From Rotaria magnacalcarata (Eukaryota): 9,294 nt of DNA. Shown in pieces: positions 7,766-9,294 of this stretch; position 1 is the first letter of the stretch, and the number at the start of each line of letters is the position of its first letter. The translations under genes and the position numbers were made by a program. The notes beneath the pieces were generated by a model. The model searched no databases. It saw only the letters and a list, made by a program, of their open reading frames with translations, and was not told where the DNA came from. The DNA is taken from the NCBI GenBank assembly GCA_965120345.2, contig CBCPNL020000968.1, positions 22,707 through 32,000 on the forward strand. Reading direction: 5' to 3'.

Positions 7766-8438
7766 GCGATGCACCGATTTTCTGACCAATGGGAACTCGA
7801 CGGGGAAAACTGACTACATATTCGAGTTGCTGGACCTCGATAACCTAAACGAAAGTGTCGTGAAAAGAGATAAAGCTCTTAAAGTAAGGCAGCCACTACG
7901 ATACATTGTTTTGACTTGCGCGCATGGAAAGGTTGGAATTTTTAATGTTTTTGGTGGGAGCCTCTTCATAGTGGATTTAATCAGATCCATTCTGACGTGA
8001 ATACTGAACTCGACATGATTGAAAGAAAGTAAGACCACTATCCGTATGGTGCAGAAACATTTACTCTTTCGTGTTTTTACTGGAAATATATGAAAAAATT
8101 TAACGGAACCATTGCGATTCAGTATGAAATGCACGAAACCTTCGAATAACGTTGGAACCTCTGAAGCGTTTTCTTCGAAATGCACTAAATCATGTAGCCG
8201 ACCAGAAAATTGGAAGAGTTGCTGCCAAAAAATACAGATCCTACGCATGCTCAATGATACTACCCGTGGCTTCGTGTAAAATGTACCAAACTATAAAGGC
8301 ATATAAAAACTGTCAAGAAGTTCAGCGCAAAAACATACTAAACCTTTGGATTATTAACGAAACTGTTGGTGGCTCCGTATCAAAAAGGCTAAACTATTTT
8401 TTTGATAAACGAAGTCAACAGTGGGTCTGTCGGGATAT

Positions 8439-8549
8439 TACGAAACCTTAGGTCATTTTACGAAACTCTGCGAGGTTTGGTGGATGATCTACGAAACCTT
8501 AGGTTTTTTTACGAAACTATGAATGGTTCAGTACATGATCTACGAAACC
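8439..8549. repeat. 51-bp tandem repeat (2 full copies plus start of a third) carrying TACGAAACC / TACGAAACT motifs
   Basis: TACGAAACC starts at 8439, 8490 and 8541, an exact 51-bp spacing. Copies 8439-8489 and 8490-8540 match at 41 of 51 positions. TACGAAACT lies at 8459 and 8510. Confidence 0.7.
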
Positions 8550-8969
8550 ACAAACCGCTTCACGGAACTTACAAAAAGTTCCGTCGCAAAATGGCCGAAC
8601 CCTGTAAAATCTGCTGAACTTAAAAAGGTTCAGAAAGAGAACCGCGAATCCATTTGCACTCCACGGAACATTAAAAGATTCGGTGCAAAAATGCGGAACT
8701 TTTAAGGTTCCGTAAAAACCTATTTTTTTTAGAGTGCAGCATTCTCAATACAGGTTTTATTTATTTTTTCTTACACCCTGCGGACAAATGTTTTATTTCT
8801 ATGTTATAATTATATAAAAACAAATTACGATGATGAAACAATTCGTTCCTCAAATTCTCATCATATATGTCACTGTTCTGTCATCAGTTTTTAAATAAAA
8901 TAAATCGAGGTAGTACAAAGATGCTGAACAAAATATAGTTCTCTGAGTGTTTTACGAAAACATCCAACA

Positions 8970-9015
8970 GAGTACTCACGGCATTTTCTAGTGTGAGTAC
9001 TTTTTGAGTACTCGC
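8970..9015. repeat. Three GAGTACTC-core motifs, first two forming a hairpin
   Basis: GAGTACTCAC (8970-8979) and GTGAGTACTT (8993-9002) are reverse complements at 9 of 10 positions, separated by 13 nt. A third copy, GAGTACTCGC, is at 9006-9015. Confidence 0.5.
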
Positions 9016-9045
9016 TGAACGTGTGCATTCACTAGGGTGTATACG

Positions 9046-9200
9046 ATCTTACTCAAGAATTGTGCATGTTTATACAAGATCATGCGAAAAGTCATAAAAA
9101 AATGGTCTTCTTTGACATGCGATGGAAATTTTTACAGCAAATTTCATATATACTCCAGCGATACAATCTTGTATGATTATATAGAATCGTACAGTAAGAT
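9046..9200. repeat. Imperfect inverted repeat pair (~35 bp arms)
   Basis: The reverse complement of about 9166-9200 aligns to about 9046-9080. The exact blocks ATCTTACT and TACAAGAT lie at the same 19-nt spacing in both arms, and 9 of those 19 intervening positions match, giving about 25 of 35 overall. Confidence 0.35.
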
Positions 9201-9294
9201 TTTAAGTGATTACCTAAGAAATATATATTTACTCATTTTCCATCTTCCCGACTAATTATAACTCAAGTTAACTTGATATAACCAAGAACAATAA

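Larger units (their letters stand above)
6750..8740. mobile_element. ~2.0-kb non-autonomous DNA transposon with 42-bp TIRs and mirrored subterminal motif arrays
   Basis: The left end (6750-6791) is GCTACACTCTAGAAAAAAAGGTTTTTTACCGAACCTAAAAAG. The reverse complement of the right end (8740-8699) is GCTGCACTCTAAAAAAAATAGGTTTTTACGGAACCTTAAAAG. They match at 35 of 42 positions without gaps. GGTTYCG occurs at 6842, 6880, 6894 and 6932 on the + strand. The complement CGRAAC occurs at nine or more sites between 8105 and 8700. No transposase-like ORF is present, and the TSD is unresolved. Confidence 0.75.

Noticed and set aside
7814-8254. This is the longest supplied ORF (146 aa, minus strand), inside the 2-kb TIR element. 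I considered it as a possible transposase.
   Set aside because: It is far too short for a DNA transposase, and I could recognise no DDE/RNase-H-like, THAP, BED or zinc-finger pattern. It overlaps antisense ORF 8152..8451, and the region is full of the element's CGRAAC motifs. I treat it as non-coding interior of a non-autonomous element.
7255-8549. I considered whether the tandem arrays (75-bp units and 51-bp units) could be a CRISPR array.
   Set aside because: The units are degenerate throughout rather than conserved repeats alternating with unique spacers. No cas-like ORFs exist, and the arrays sit inside a TIR-bounded eukaryotic-type transposon.
8741-9294. I looked for extension of the 2-kb element or a TSD in its flanks (6740-6749 versus 8741-8750).
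   Set aside because: The reverse complement of the right flank shows no similarity to the left flank. No 2- to 9-bp direct repeat is convincing at either candidate boundary (6750/8740 or 6754/8736). The TSD is left unresolved rather than forced.

Overview
This window does not look prokaryotic. It is AT-rich and has no dense, same-strand ORF packing; the longest supplied ORF is 146 aa, and most supplied ORFs lie on repeats. Most of what I can support is transposable-element and repeat structure, as expected in an intron or intergenic region of a TE-rich eukaryotic genome. The repeat words and MITE density remind me of culicine mosquitoes such as Aedes, but that is recollection, not a search result.

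Supported structures:
- A 789-bp hAT-like MITE at 1286-2074, with CAGTGGCG termini, an 8-bp target-site duplication and GGCAATT subterminal motifs.
- A ~2.0-kb non-autonomous TIR element at 6750-8740, with 42-bp CACTCT-type termini. Its two ends carry mirror-image arrays of GGTTYCG (left) and CGRAAC (right), and it contains an internal ~75-bp tandem array and a 51-bp tandem repeat.
- A foldback MITE nested inside that element at 6988-7248, with 85-bp arms at 76/85 identity, flanked by a CCAAA duplication.
- Two related CpG-rich CCGGAA-word blocks at 873-1055 and 4037-4400.
- A degenerate minisatellite at about 4640-5270.

Two weaker protein-coding signals:
- A candidate two-exon gene 3' end at 60-433 (+), with a canonical 65-nt GT-AG intron that preserves the reading frame.
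- A stop-depleted reading frame on the minus strand at 3046-3717, within 2958-3782, which may be a decayed or spliced CDS.

I see no rRNA, tRNA, CRISPR array, operon or defence-type system. I do not think the sequence supports a claim of a novel multi-gene biological system.
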